Assembly: GCF_000143415.4 (NCBI RefSeq)
Contig: NW_003314426.1
Coordinates: 124,001 to 188,000, forward strand
Direction: 5' to 3'
Length of the DNA stretch: 64,000 nucleotides
DNA from: Selaginella moellendorffii
Taxonomy: Eukaryota; Plantae; Lycopodiophyta
Below the pieces are notes generated by a model. That model did no database searches. It was given only the letters and a program-made list of their open reading frames with translations, and was not told the DNA's origin. A program made the translations under genes and the position numbers. Below, piece by piece: positions 29,893-41,282 of the stretch. The number at the start of each line of letters is the position of its first letter. Positions within the stretch are counted from its first letter, which is position 1.

Positions 29893-32800
29893 GCGAGGAA
29901 TTGCGTTCTTCTTCCAGCCACTGTCAATGTGGATGCAGAGAAGGGGGAGGAGCTCACCAGTTGGACTTTCGGGATGGAAGGCGAGGATCTGATGCTGTAC
30001 AACACAGATGGTGGGAGAAAAGAATGCATGGGGATCCTCATCCAAGTGACAGACACTCCATGCAGTTCCATGCAAGAATATGGACTGGCACTTATGGTAG
30101 AGACAGCGTCCGCCTTCAAGATCCACCTTGCACATCCTAGCGGCTTCCCGGAGGGGGGCAGCGGCTATGAGGAATTCCTAGAGGGAGCTAGGGAGAGGTT
30201 GTCCAGGAGGCCCACAATTTCAAAGACGCTGCGGGTCTATGAAGATCACATGGAATCCACGGACCTCACCTACGGCGATGTTCAAAAACTATATTCCAAC
30301 ATTGAGCCGTTGAGAGTGCCTCCAGTTTGCGAAGCGAAGGGGAAGGGGGTCAATCTGGAAACTACCCCGAAGCAGAAAAGGGTGGTCAAGCTCAAGCCGA
30401 CGTCCGACTCTGCTGCTCCAAAAAAGAAGCTACTCGGTGATGCCATTGCCTCGGGTTCGAACACTACACCCACCAAAAAGAAGAGCCGCAAAGAGCAGAA
30501 AGAGCAAGAAGAGGCAGCAAAAATCGTCGCAGATAATAGTACTTGTTACTATTCCAACAAAGTATATACAATCGACGTGAGCCGTATTGAGATCCAAAGC
30601 AAATACAACCACAGGCTAGTATCTGATGAGTGGGTGGAGAAACTGAAGCAGAAGATGCTGGCAAGTCCAGTAACACCCGACATCGCAGACGTGATCCCCT
30701 ACTACCGAACAATGAAGGGCAAGACGAGGTTTCCAGACTTGATCAATAGGAAGGTGTTGGACGATCAGAACATCCGGTTCTATGCCGTCTCCGGGCAGCA
30801 TTCTAGCTTGGCGATGCAACAGATAGTTGTGGATATTATGGTGGGCGAGGAGGTGAAGAAAGTCTTCAAGACAAGAGTTGTCCGCCTGATAAAAGGCAAC
30901 TCGCCCCTCTGATCTATCATATACATCTCCCACGCGCAGAATGTCAAGCAAGAAACGTGCTACAAATCGGGTCTGCACGAGACATTGGCACGAACACGGA
31001 AGCTCTGGGTTCAACTGAAGAAGCCACAAAAACCAGGACAAGGACGTGCACTAGCAACTAGCGCCTGGCAGGTAAGCCTTGTTGCATGTGGCATAGCATG
31101 TGGCCTCACGCCATTTCCATTGCAGGAATTCTCGAGTCTTCTCTCGAAAACACTGGGGGTCAATGACACACTCAGCATCCATAACATTCTACTCACGACA
31201 AAAGTTGTTTTTGACAAATGGGTAGATGTGCTAAGGAGGTACCATGACGGGGAGTTGCTAAACTCAATGGGTGTGGAGGACGGCCGGAAGCCCAATGATT
31301 TGAAGCTCAATGCCTTGCGTTTCTCGCGGTCTCTAGACGACGACGACCTTCTGACAGTGGCTAATGCTCTTCTACGTGGTGAGGTAGTCTTCAACAAGAC
31401 CAAAATGACTCCCGGCCATATTGTGACATACGAGGACTTGTGCACGACTCTGAGAGCTCGTGCGCTATTGAAGGATTGGATCTTCGAGCAAGTGGCCGTG
31501 GCGAGGGTGAGCATCGACACCACGCAAGAGATGATGGAAGAGCTGGAGTTGTCAAATGAAGACATCGACGAGTACGTGAAGGGGGCCCCCAAGTTCATCG
31601 ATCTGCTGCGGGATGCCACGAAAAGTAAAGCTGAGAAGTTGGATCAGTATCCAAATTTCATTAAGAGGGATGTCGACCGCCGGCTTCAGAAACAGCTCGA
31701 CCCCGCAGCAGAGGCCTATCGAGAACCTTACCGGGTATACGTGAATTCGGATGAGGATCAAAGGTGGAGGAGCATCGTTTCCCGCGGAGATGAGCAGGTC
31801 AAGAACATCTTTTGTGTGATGGACTTCACAAACGAGGAGATCACTCATGCAGACGAAGTCAGCTCCATCATTGACTTAATGGTGGGACTTGCAGAGGTGG
31901 AATCTTCAGTCCACTATATGATCTACGACTCCGAATCCTATCACAAGTTCTGGAAGGCCTTGAACGAGGTGAAGGCTCGGTTGAAAGGCAAGGAGATGCG
32001 GGAGATCCATGGGATAATGGCTAAGAAGAAGATACCGACGAATGTCCGCATCTTCACAGTCGCCCTTGTTATTGGTCCTGCAGCAGAGTGGGACTGGAGT
32101 GACTTCCCAGCTTCGTTCAACAAAGCCGATCGAATTGATCTGAGGGAGGTCAATTTACCCGTGCCTGAGGAACTGAAGACGGCTATGGAGCTTTCGAATC
32201 CAAAGAAAGCTCCAGGTGCAGCATGGGAAATGCTCAGCTGGGTCTTCAACGCAATAGCGGGTGACTCCAAGGGCAAATGCGTTGTCGAGTACAACTGCGG
32301 CGGACTATTCTTTCGAGCCGCACTACTCAAGGGTGTCCCGTGTGTTGCGGTGACAAACTCCATTGAAGAGGTGACTTCAATGGAGCATATAATTACAGTT
32401 GCCAAAGAAAAACAGTATCTTCTCTACGAACTTGGTGAGTACGCACTTTAAGTTTAAATGTTATCTCACAAGCTCTGTATGCAGGAGCGTGGCCACCCCC
32501 AGATGCTGAAACGGCGTTAACAGCTACTGATGTTAGGCCGAGGTCACAACCTGCACAAGGTAAGGTCACGTGAGGCCTCACGCCATTTTGATTATAGATC
32601 GTTGTGAATATTCAGACACGAGGACTGAAAAGCGCACTGGTTGCGCGTCGAAGAAGGACAAACAGACAAGCAATAGGAAAAAAGGAGGTACAAATTATAT
32701 TTGCAATGGCGTGTGGTCTCATGCCATTCCTTGCAGGAGACACTTCTTCAAAGGCAAAACAGGCAAGCACCAGCCAAACTCAAACTGACAGTGGTCATAA

Positions 32801-34346
32801 AAAGCAAAAGCACGTTGGACAGTCGTCGGGATCAGAGGCGTTTGATTCGAAAAGGAAGAAGGGCAACGAAAAGATGATAGGTAATGCCTCGCGGTTATGG
32901 CGTGTGTGCTCATGCCATTCATTGCAGATCAAGGGCTGAGTGAAAGGAGCCAGTCACCACCTTCTGACTCAGATTCCTATGGCGGACTCCCCTTCCCCAA
33001 TCTCAATGGAGAGGTACAATGGATGAGGGATGCTTTTCAAGTCAGGGCCACGTTTTTCTCATCTCGTCGTCTTCGAAGGGTGCAAGAACGTGCAGAAACC
33101 ATGTTAAGACAGTCGGGTGAGGATACGGTCCTAGGTCACGCACTAAAACAGGCTATGGATGTCTTGTATTTTGAGATGGAGACTCGGCCAGATGATTTTT
33201 CCAAGATGGTCCTGGAAAAACAAGCAATCCAGCCTGAGCAGCCTATGGAAGAAATGCAAGAGGGGGATGAGGAGCCAGAGAAAGATAATGAGCAGGAAGA
33301 GCAGAAGGACAAAGAGGAGGACAAAGAAAAGGAGGACGAAGAAGAGGAGGATGAAGAAGAGGAGGACGAAGAGGACTTGGATGGTCCTCACAATGGTGAC
33401 GATCACAATAACGACGATGACGATGATGACGACGATGGCCAGCCTGAGGTGGCCAAAGAGCAGCGGAGGAAGGTCATACAAGACAAACCATCAGGTAAAT
33501 AATAGTACATCCATTCCTAACCTTTTACCATTTCTAACATTGTCCATGTAGGTCGCAGAAGAAATGGTAAGTAGAGATTATTCAGTTGAATTAAGATACA
33601 AACTCTAGCCTTTAGTGTCGAGGAAGGATAGTGCCAAGCAAGGGTCGAAACGTATGTCCAATCCTTCAGAATCAGCAGTGCGCCCAAGTGATATCGGTCC
33701 TAGTTCCTCAATAGCAGTTGATGGTAAATACAATATAGTCGATTCAATGTGCTAATGAGTTTGTTTTTAGTAGCACGGGAGGATACCATCTCAATCGAAG
33801 GGAGATATTTGGACATGCATATGGATCTGCCAGTGGACTCTACTTGCCTGCAAGAGTCATCAGAGCTGGTGGAGGCTACTATCCATATCAACGCCAAGCA
33901 AGCTGACCACGCTCCACTTGATGCTGCCCATACCACTGAGTCAATCTTGTCCACGTATCCAACTGACGGTGACCAGGCGCCATTGGACCCGCATGAGGCC
34001 GCCCCAGCTGCCGAGCCGGTCGTATCCTCATTTCCAACGTGTGCCCAATTGTCTAACTACGCGCCGTTGGAACCTCCCTACACCGCCCCTGCTGCCTGTT
34101 CGGTCATGTCCACTTTGCCAACGGAGGCACCAGCTGAAATGGCGTGTGATCACACGCCATCGGAACCACCCCATGCCACTGTTGAGCCAGTTGTACCAGA
34201 GTCTACAGCTGAAATGGCATGTGCCCACACGCCATCGGATGCGATTGACCCCACATTGCAGAGGAGAGTATTTCCGCCCTTCACGTTTCCTCGACCAAAA
34301 CCCTCTAAACGACCATCGGGAGCACCATTCGCTAATATTGTAGATG
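29893..34346 (+). CDS. Multi-exon cargo gene: ParB-like domain + degenerate beta-class DNA amino-methyltransferase fold + acidic/low-complexity tail (one in-frame TGA at 30910-12)
   Basis: ParB-like NHRLVSDEWVEKLKQKML...FYAVSGQHS...ISHAQN; MTase-like IFCVMDFTN and KCVVEYNCGGLFFRAALLKGVPCVAV. GT-AG introns 31072-31125, 32435-32484, 32560-32615, 32688-32736, 32881-32927, 33495-33551, 33567-33615 and 33724-33770 join the exons in frame. Start codon not resolved. Confidence 0.65.
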
Positions 34347-34395
34347 GTAAAATTGACTTGTACCATTTTTTATGCTGACGCATTTCATTTCAAAG

Positions 34396-35255
34396 TCACG
34401 GCGAAAGTACTGTATCGTTTTTGATCTGAACGGTGTCCTTTTCTCCCATGAGCGTGGCTCGTCCTCGAATGTCACTGCACCCTCCAAAGCCTGCGGTCGC
34501 AAGTTGGTCAAAAGAGACAGATTCACATTAATCACACGGGAGAAACTGCGGGATCTAATAATGACCATGCGACACTTAAACAGAGGGCCGGGTTCAATTT
34601 GCAATTGGGAGTTTGGACATCCATGATGCGCCACAATGCATTAACGTTGCTACAGATGATGCACGATCAGACGCGAGTAATATTACCATTTGACTTTCTC
34701 CTAACGCAGGAGGATTGCTTGACTATGGTCCATGTGAGGGGTAGCAAGCCCATCTTCGTCAAGGCAGAGGCTGTAGTGATGAACCAGACTGCTAGGTCAA
34801 GTGAAATCCTCATCATCGATGACTCGCCGATTAAAACAGCAGCGAACACGCACACATATGCAGTGCACCCCATCTCTTGCAGTATGGAAACTAGGGAGAA
34901 GAAACCGTATGTTTTGGGGGACCTTGCAAAACGGCTTGAAGCGATGGTGATAGAGAACCGGCCAGTCCAGGAGGTGGCTGCAGAAATCAACCAAATGGCA
35001 GATGGAACGGTATATCAGAAGCCATTTGATCGGACAGACACCAGTCATCATTTATGGCATGTATATTGTCTAGCCAAGCACTATCCGCATCTCCATAATC
35101 TGCTCAACCGGATGGGTTCTTCGACCACTGAACATGAGCGTGGACGTATTAGAGAAGAGATGGCATTACTATTGGGTTTAAATCCTGATAGTGTGGAGAG
35201 TGATGAAATTCCAAGATTATTGTATAGGCGTTGGAGGCAAAAAATAACAGTCTGA
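34396..35255 (+). CDS. FCP1/NIF-like HAD phosphatase domain (probable last exon of the cargo gene; frameshift near 34595)
   Basis: IVFDLNGVL, LGVWTSM and ILIIDDSPIK motifs. Confidence 0.75.
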
Positions 35256-35701
35256 GATGGCATGTATTTATTTAAAAATGTAACTTATTATGGCATGGGG
35301 TTCCATGCCATTGTATTAATATTAAAAGACAATTCTTTGAGAGGATTTGCATTATACTAGAAGTGTTACAGCATGTTATTGGAAGTCTACGAAGTTGTTT
35401 TATTAAAAAGGGGAAAGTAAAGATTGAATGGGGACTTGGGCTCCACCTAGACTCGGAGCAACTGAGCCAATATTAAAAGGATGGAAAGAAATTGGACGAC
35501 GATGACAAGGAGAAGAGAGAGGTGAAGCAGTGGCAGGGGGAGGAGAAGTGATTGAGTAGACATTTCCTTGTTTAAAATAAAATGGCATGTGCCTCAATGC
35601 AGTTGAATTTTGTTATATTTATATACTATATAAAGGTTTGGAAACCTTATTTTACAAGTGGGATAATGACAATTCCCATTTTAACGAAATAGAGCTTGAT
35701 A

Positions 35702-38700
35702 CTTGTCACGGACATGGGGGATATGGATGCGTTCCATGCCTTCATATCAGGTTTGCAAACCTGGGCTCGTGGTGAGGTGATGTGGTGGAACCCGACCAAC
35801 TACAAGGAAGCGTTGGATGCGGCCATCAAGGTGCATTTCAACGATAACCTGCGAAAGGGGAACACGACGGGGTCGGGATCCACATTTAGCAAAGGGGCCA
35901 AACCAAGGGGAACGTATAGCAAGGGGAAATTCAAAAAGAGTTTCTCTAAGAATGAGTCCTCGGGGTTCCGGAAAGGCAAATCCGGTGGCCAGCGAGCGAG
36001 TACGTGGGGGAGTCAAGTGAGAAAAGACAAACCCACGGATAAGAAGGTCAAGTCGTATAGCAGCGTGGGAAACAACGTATGCTACAACTGCGGCGAAGCG
36101 GGACACTTCTCGAGGGAATGTCCCTACCCGAAGAAGGCCAGAGCCAATATGGCCATCAAGTCGGGTGAAGTCCAAACTGAGGTATGTGATACAGTCCCTA
36201 ACTCAAAGTTACTCATTACACGAGCAACTTTGGTAGAGAGTCGTTCGCGACATCTACTAGCCCTCCGAGGGAAGCTCGGAGGTAGCTTTGTTAAGATCCT
36301 TATTGACACGGGTGCTTCGGATAATTTTGTGGCTGCAGACATAGTCCGGCAAGCCGGACTAACGGTGCAGCGGCTAGGCGAACCAAGGACTATAGAGTTT
36401 GTTCAGGGTAGCCAAAACACCGATGAGGTACTTCGACAAGCGAGAGTCGAAGTGGGGACATGGAAAGTGGACATGGATTTCACCGTCTTGGACATGGCGG
36501 GATTTGACATGATCTTCGGAATGGATTGGTTTAATTGGTTCGTGGTAGCCCTGCATGGACAAGGTAAGAACCTTGTGGTATTGGCAAATGCCCAAGGAAG
36601 AAGATCTAGGGTGGAGGCCCAGGATCTAAAGGTAAGGCAAAGCAAGGCCAAAGAGTCATGCTTAAAACTGGTGTCCACGAGAGGACAACTCACTAAAGGA
36701 ACTAAGGCCAGCCTTTTTGTGCTTACTCTCGGTGAAGAGTGACAAAAAGACAAGAACGGAAGAAGTACCTTTAGTGATCCAGCAGGTGCTGGACCAATTC
36801 TAGGATACCATGCCGAAGGAGCTACCGGCGGGGTTGCCCCCCGCACGACCGATAGAACATAAAATTGAGCTGGTCGAGGGTGCTGAGGCGGTGGTTCGTC
36901 CACCCTATCGATTGAACGAAAAAGAACTCAAGGAGCTCAAGAGCCAACTAGAGGAGTTGGTGGCCAAAGGTATGTTAGGTTGAGCAAGTCGCCGTATGGG
37001 GCGCCGGTGCTATTTGTGAAAAAGAAAGATGGATCTATGCGCATGTGCATAGACTACCGGTTGCTCAACAAGTATACCAAGAAGAACAAGTACCCTTTGC
37101 CAAGGATCGAGGACCTGTTCGATAGGTTGGGAAAGGCAAAATACTTCTCGAGGATTGACCTAAGGTCAGGATACTACCAGATCAGGGTAGCTGAGGAAGA
37201 TGTCGAGAAGACAACCTGTCGAACGAGGTATGGGAGCTTTGAGTTTTTGGTGATGCCCTTTGGGCTGTGCAATGCGCCGGCAACGTTTTCGGCGTTGATG
37301 AACCACATCTTTGTACCCTATCTGGATCGCTTCGTGGTCGTCTATATTGACGACATCCTGATCTATAGCGAGACGCTAGAGGAGCATGCCGAACACTTGG
37401 CGAAGGTGTTTGAGAAACTAAGGGAACACAAACTGTATGCTAAAGAGAGCAAATGTGACTTTGCTCAACAAGAGGTAAAGTTTCTCGGGCATGTGGTGGG
37501 CCAGGACGGGCTCAAGGTGGACCCGGAGAAGGTCCAAGTGATCCAGGAATGGGAGCGACCTTCGAATGTACATGAGTTGAGGGCGTTCTTGGGGCTATGC
37601 AACTACTATCGAAAGTTTATCAGACACTATTCGAGAGTAGCCCTGCCCTTAACGGACCAAACAGGAAAAGGGAAGATGGTATGGACAGCGGAATGCGAGG
37701 CGGCATTCGTCCACCTCAAAGGGAAATTGAGGAAGGCTCCCGTGTTGGCATTACCAGACTTTGGTAAGGACTTCGAGGTAGACACGGATGCTTCGGACTT
37801 TGCGTTGGGCGCAGTTTTGAAGCAAGACAACCATCCAGTAGCGTTCTTTTCGAAGAAGCTGGACAAGGCTCAACGGAAGTGGCCTGCCCACAAGAAGGAA
37901 TTGTTTGCGGTGGTCAAGGCGCTCAAGGAGTGGCGACACTACCTTGGGAGACACTTCAAGGTTTACACGGACAATGTGGCAACGAAACACTTCTTGTCAC
38001 AACCCGACCTGAGAGGGAAACAAGGTCGGTGGGCCAATGCCTTGGCCGAGTTTGATTGCGAGATTCTGTACAAGCCTGGGAAGAGCAACATCATGGCAGA
38101 TGCGCTAAGTCGAAAAGCGAGCTTGAGGTTGGCGATATCCAGCGCAACAGCAACCTTTTGGGACGATGTGCGGACAGCATATGAGAACGATGGTCTAGCA
38201 CAAGAAGTGTTGTTGAGGAATCTGGAGGCGCGGGAAGCTCACCAGAGAGGTGAGCTGCCAACGGAAGAGAAAACGGGCTATGCGGAACGCAACGGACTCA
38301 TTTATTACAAGCAAACGAGGGTATATGTTCCAGAAGGGGGACTAAGGAAGGTAGCCTTAGAAGAGTGTCATGAAGGACCTTTTGCGGGACACGGCGGAGT
38401 GCCCAAGACGATGGGCTTACTCAAGAGGAAGTACCATTGGCCAGATATGGCTAAGGACGTCCAAGACTATGTAAAGACATGTCCAACATGTCAGCAGGTC
38501 AAAGCCATGACTAAGGCTAGTGGGGGCTTGTTGCAAAGCATCCCAATTCCAGATCGTCTGTGGAAATGTCTTACGATGGACTTCATCATGGGACTACCCC
38601 CAAGCGAGGGGTTCGATGCGATATTCGTGGTGGTGGATCGATTTTCGAAGATGGCACATTTCATACCCACCACAACGGAAGTGGATGCGGAAGGTGTGGC

Positions 38701-39720
38701 AAAGCTGTTCTTCGAACAAGTGGTTCGAGTGCGGGGAAGGCCAGAAGAGATTATCTCAGATCGAGATAAGATTTTCACTAGTAGGTTCTGGAGGACCCTC
38801 CTGGAACAGTATCGCACCAAGTTGAAATTTAGCACAGCCTATCACCCACAGACAGGTATGGGGTATTAAGTCAAGTTTGGTGGTCCTAACACTTCTTGAC
38901 AGATGGACAAACGGAAAGGGTGAATAGGCAGCTGGAGGATTATTTGCGATGCTATGTCTCGGGAGACCAGACCAACTGGGTAAGTCATTTGGGACTTGCG
39001 GAAATGTGTTATAACAACTCACCACATTCGAGTATCGGGGTGAGTCCATGGGAAGTCATCAATGGGCGAGCTATTGAAGGTCCTGTGGAACTCGGCGTGG
39101 CCGAGTATCATGGAGAGCTACCCACAGTGGAGGCATTCACGGCGGAAAGACTCAACATTTGGAATCTAGTGAGGGATTCCTTGGAACGGGCTCAACAAAG
39201 GCAAACCAAGTATGCGAACCTAAAGCGCCGGGATGTAGAGTTCCAAGCTGGGGAGAAGGTGTGGCTGAACACCAAGAACCTCAGGCTACCAAGTGGGATC
39301 AGCCGAAAGTTGACCCAAAGGTAAAAATGCATGTATTCCTGTAAATGAATTGATCTTGAGTTCCTTAAGCAGATTCGCGGGGCCTTACGAGATTGAGGCA
39401 CGAATCGGTAAAGTGGCTTACCGACTCCGACTTCCTCGAGAGATGGGGAAGATACACCCAGTGTTCCACGTGAACTTACTCAAGCCGTACTTTAAGGATC
39501 CGCTTCGCAAGGACCAAGTAAGACCTTTACCTGAGGTTATCCAAGGGGAAGAGGAATACGAAGTCGAGGCCATCCTCAATGCGCGCAAGAGCAAGCGACA
39601 ATGACGTGAGGTGAGAGAGTTCCATGTGAAGTGGAAAGGATTTCCACACTGCGAAGCAACATGAGAACCGGAGGAAAACCTAGCGAACGCGCGAGATCTA
39701 GTGGAGGAATTTCTGCAAGG
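35702..39720 (+). CDS. pol: gag 3' part + protease + RT/RNaseH/integrase/chromodomain, with introns 38856-38902 and 39321-39372 and several stops and frameshifts
   Basis: [36 protein letters not shown] zinc finger, HPQT/DGQTER, GPY and YEVEAIL...VKWKG. Confidence 0.93.
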
Positions 39721-39847
39721 TAGAACTCTATGTACTTATGCAAAGTTCAATTAAAAATATCAATTTGCAAAGTTGAGCAAATGGCATATGTTGGGACCCG
39801 AAGGCGCGCCGAAGGTAAGCTAATTAGCATGGGTTAGCTAGGTCGAC

Positions 39848-40105
39848 CAGGCGTAGAGAGCTACGCCCGACTCCCTGCGGGGATGTCGAATCCGTAGACG
39901 TATTCTACGGAGGTTGGGTTCGAGTCCCAACCCCCTAGTAAAGCAAGGCTGGGTTCAAGTCCCGACCCTATACTAGGGCGTGGTGAGGTAAGGAGTATAG
40001 GGACACCTATATTCCGTTGTCATGGGCTCTTGGCCGGGGAGGCTAACTTAGGCACACCGCTAAGTGGGGGGATGCCCCCGGAGACATGGTCAACAAGTTG
40101 TAGGA
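39848..40105 (+). other. Conserved structured RNA with tandem tRNA T-arm-like hairpins in the retrotransposon 3' UTR
   Basis: Hairpins at 39850-67, 39892-910, 39912-32 (ggttggg-ttcgagt-cccaacc), 39947-67 and 39992-40015; homologues with compensatory changes at 23774-24155 (minus strand). Confidence 0.6.
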
Positions 40106-40157
40106 TAAAATGAGACGTTCGATGTGGGCATCGAACTTCTTCTATGGGTGATGGAGT

Positions 40158-41282
40158 TGTAAGGAACCAACTCGCCGAGGTGTCATACGCTAAAGGAACC
40201 CCGAAAGCATGACCAAAATGACAAAGAGTTCATCGGATGGGACCAAGTCGAAGATCGAGTCCAAGACCGACTCTAGGACCGAGTTCGAGATCGAGTCCGG
40301 AATCGAGTCCAAGACCGACTCGGGGACCGAGTTCGAGTCCGAGTTCGAGACCGAGTTCGAGACGGAGTCCGAGATCCGAAATCGGGTCCGAGACCGAGTC
40401 CGAGGTCGGGTCTGAGATCGGGTCCGAGATCGAGTCCGAGATCGAGTCCGAAACCGAATCCGAAGTCGGATCCGAAATCGGGTCCGAGATCGAGCCAGAG
40501 ACTAAGTCCAAATACTAATACGGGTCAAGGGGTGAAAGCCCAAAGCGTGCGTCTCCTAGGGGGGGGGGGGGCTGCAGTATAGTAGGGATAGTGAGGTCCA
40601 GGAACCAGTTTTGAAGGGACTCTCCAGTTGGGCTTCCAAACCGACTTGAGGTTGAGATTGAGACCGAGGGGCCTTGGGTGGGAGTGAGCATGGACTTGGC
40701 TGGTGCCGGAGGGGCCATCCAAGGAAGTGCTCAAGAGCAGCTCCCACTCCCGAAAGGGAAATCGATTGCAGTGCTCCCGGCTTATGTGGAGTGGTGCCCC
40801 ACTTGAGTACCATGCGGCTCATTGGTCCTCGCCCTTCCTAGGGGCTTGGGCCTTCCTTCGGGATGGAAGTGGGGGGCGAGAGGTACCCATACCAGGCCGC
40901 TAGGCCACGGTGTTTTGCCCCGGCGTCCCGAAGCAAGTGTTGCACTCAAGACTTGGGATTTAGAGGGTCCTATGATCAAGTCTTGTGATACCAAAGGATG
41001 TTAGGAACCTGGAAGCTTGGTGTGCTTGGCTGCTTGTGCTTGCGGGGAGTGTAGCCGAACCTTAAGTCCAGTCTAACCCGGGGAGGGGGATTGGGAGTGA
41101 TTTGGGAATCCGTGGATGGATGGCTAACACTCCGTTGCTCGTGCAGTGAGTAGCTGAAACCAAGTAGGAGCTGGTACCATAGGCGAGAACCTTGGCAAGG
41201 GAACTTAGCAAAAGCCAAGACAGTGTTGGACGGATAGTCGAGGTAAGCTGGCAAATTGGAAAGGAAAAATTTGTGGCTTACA
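40158..41282 (+). repeat. 3' LTR of the chromovirus
   Basis: Near-identical to 12695-13853. Confidence 0.95.

Larger units (their letters stand above)
14860..35603. repeat. Dispersed 22-bp palindrome ATGGCRTGWGGCCWCAYGCCAT, about 30 copies
   Basis: Copies at ~15177, 15264, 15862, 16022, 16168, 17510, 17567, 19413, 19484 (perfect 20-mer), 19581, 28528, 28765, 29679, 29756, 29816, 31093, 32568, 32706, 32897, 34139 (perfect 22-mer), 34214, 35290 and others. Confidence 0.9.
14633..35697. mobile_element. Giant Sola-like TIR DNA transposon with cargo gene
   Basis: Left TIR aagctctatttcattaaagtgggattt; right TIR (reverse complement) aagctctatttcgttaaaatgggaatt; TSD GATA at 14629-32 and 35698-701; encodes a DDD transposase. 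Confidence 0.9.
12695..41282 (+). mobile_element. Ty3/gypsy chromovirus LTR retrotransposon, interrupted by a DNA transposon
   Basis: TG...CA LTRs at 12695-13853 and 40158-41282; 5-bp TSD CATTG (12690-94, 41283-87); PBS tggtatcggagcc (tRNA-Met type); PPT gggtgatggagt; order gag-PR-RT-RH-IN-chromodomain. Confidence 0.95.

Noticed and set aside
30910-30912. Programmed readthrough or selenocysteine at the in-frame TGA (and TAG at 16589)
   Set aside because: More simply explained as C-to-T nonsense mutations in a decaying copy; no supporting signal seen
29893-32434. Bacterial or phage contamination as the source of the ParB/MTase-like gene
   Set aside because: The gene has multiple spliceosomal introns and lies within TIRs nested in a plant retrotransposon
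14860-35603. Palindromic repeats as a CRISPR array
   Set aside because: Spacing is irregular (tens to thousands of bp), the context is eukaryotic with introns, and there are no cas genes
36970-36980. Additional intron at gtatgttag before RT
   Set aside because: Far too short; a 1-bp deletion in [11 protein letters not shown] explains the frameshift
39892-39967. tRNA gene
   Set aside because: Only T-arm-like hairpins; no full cloverleaf with acceptor stem and D-arm
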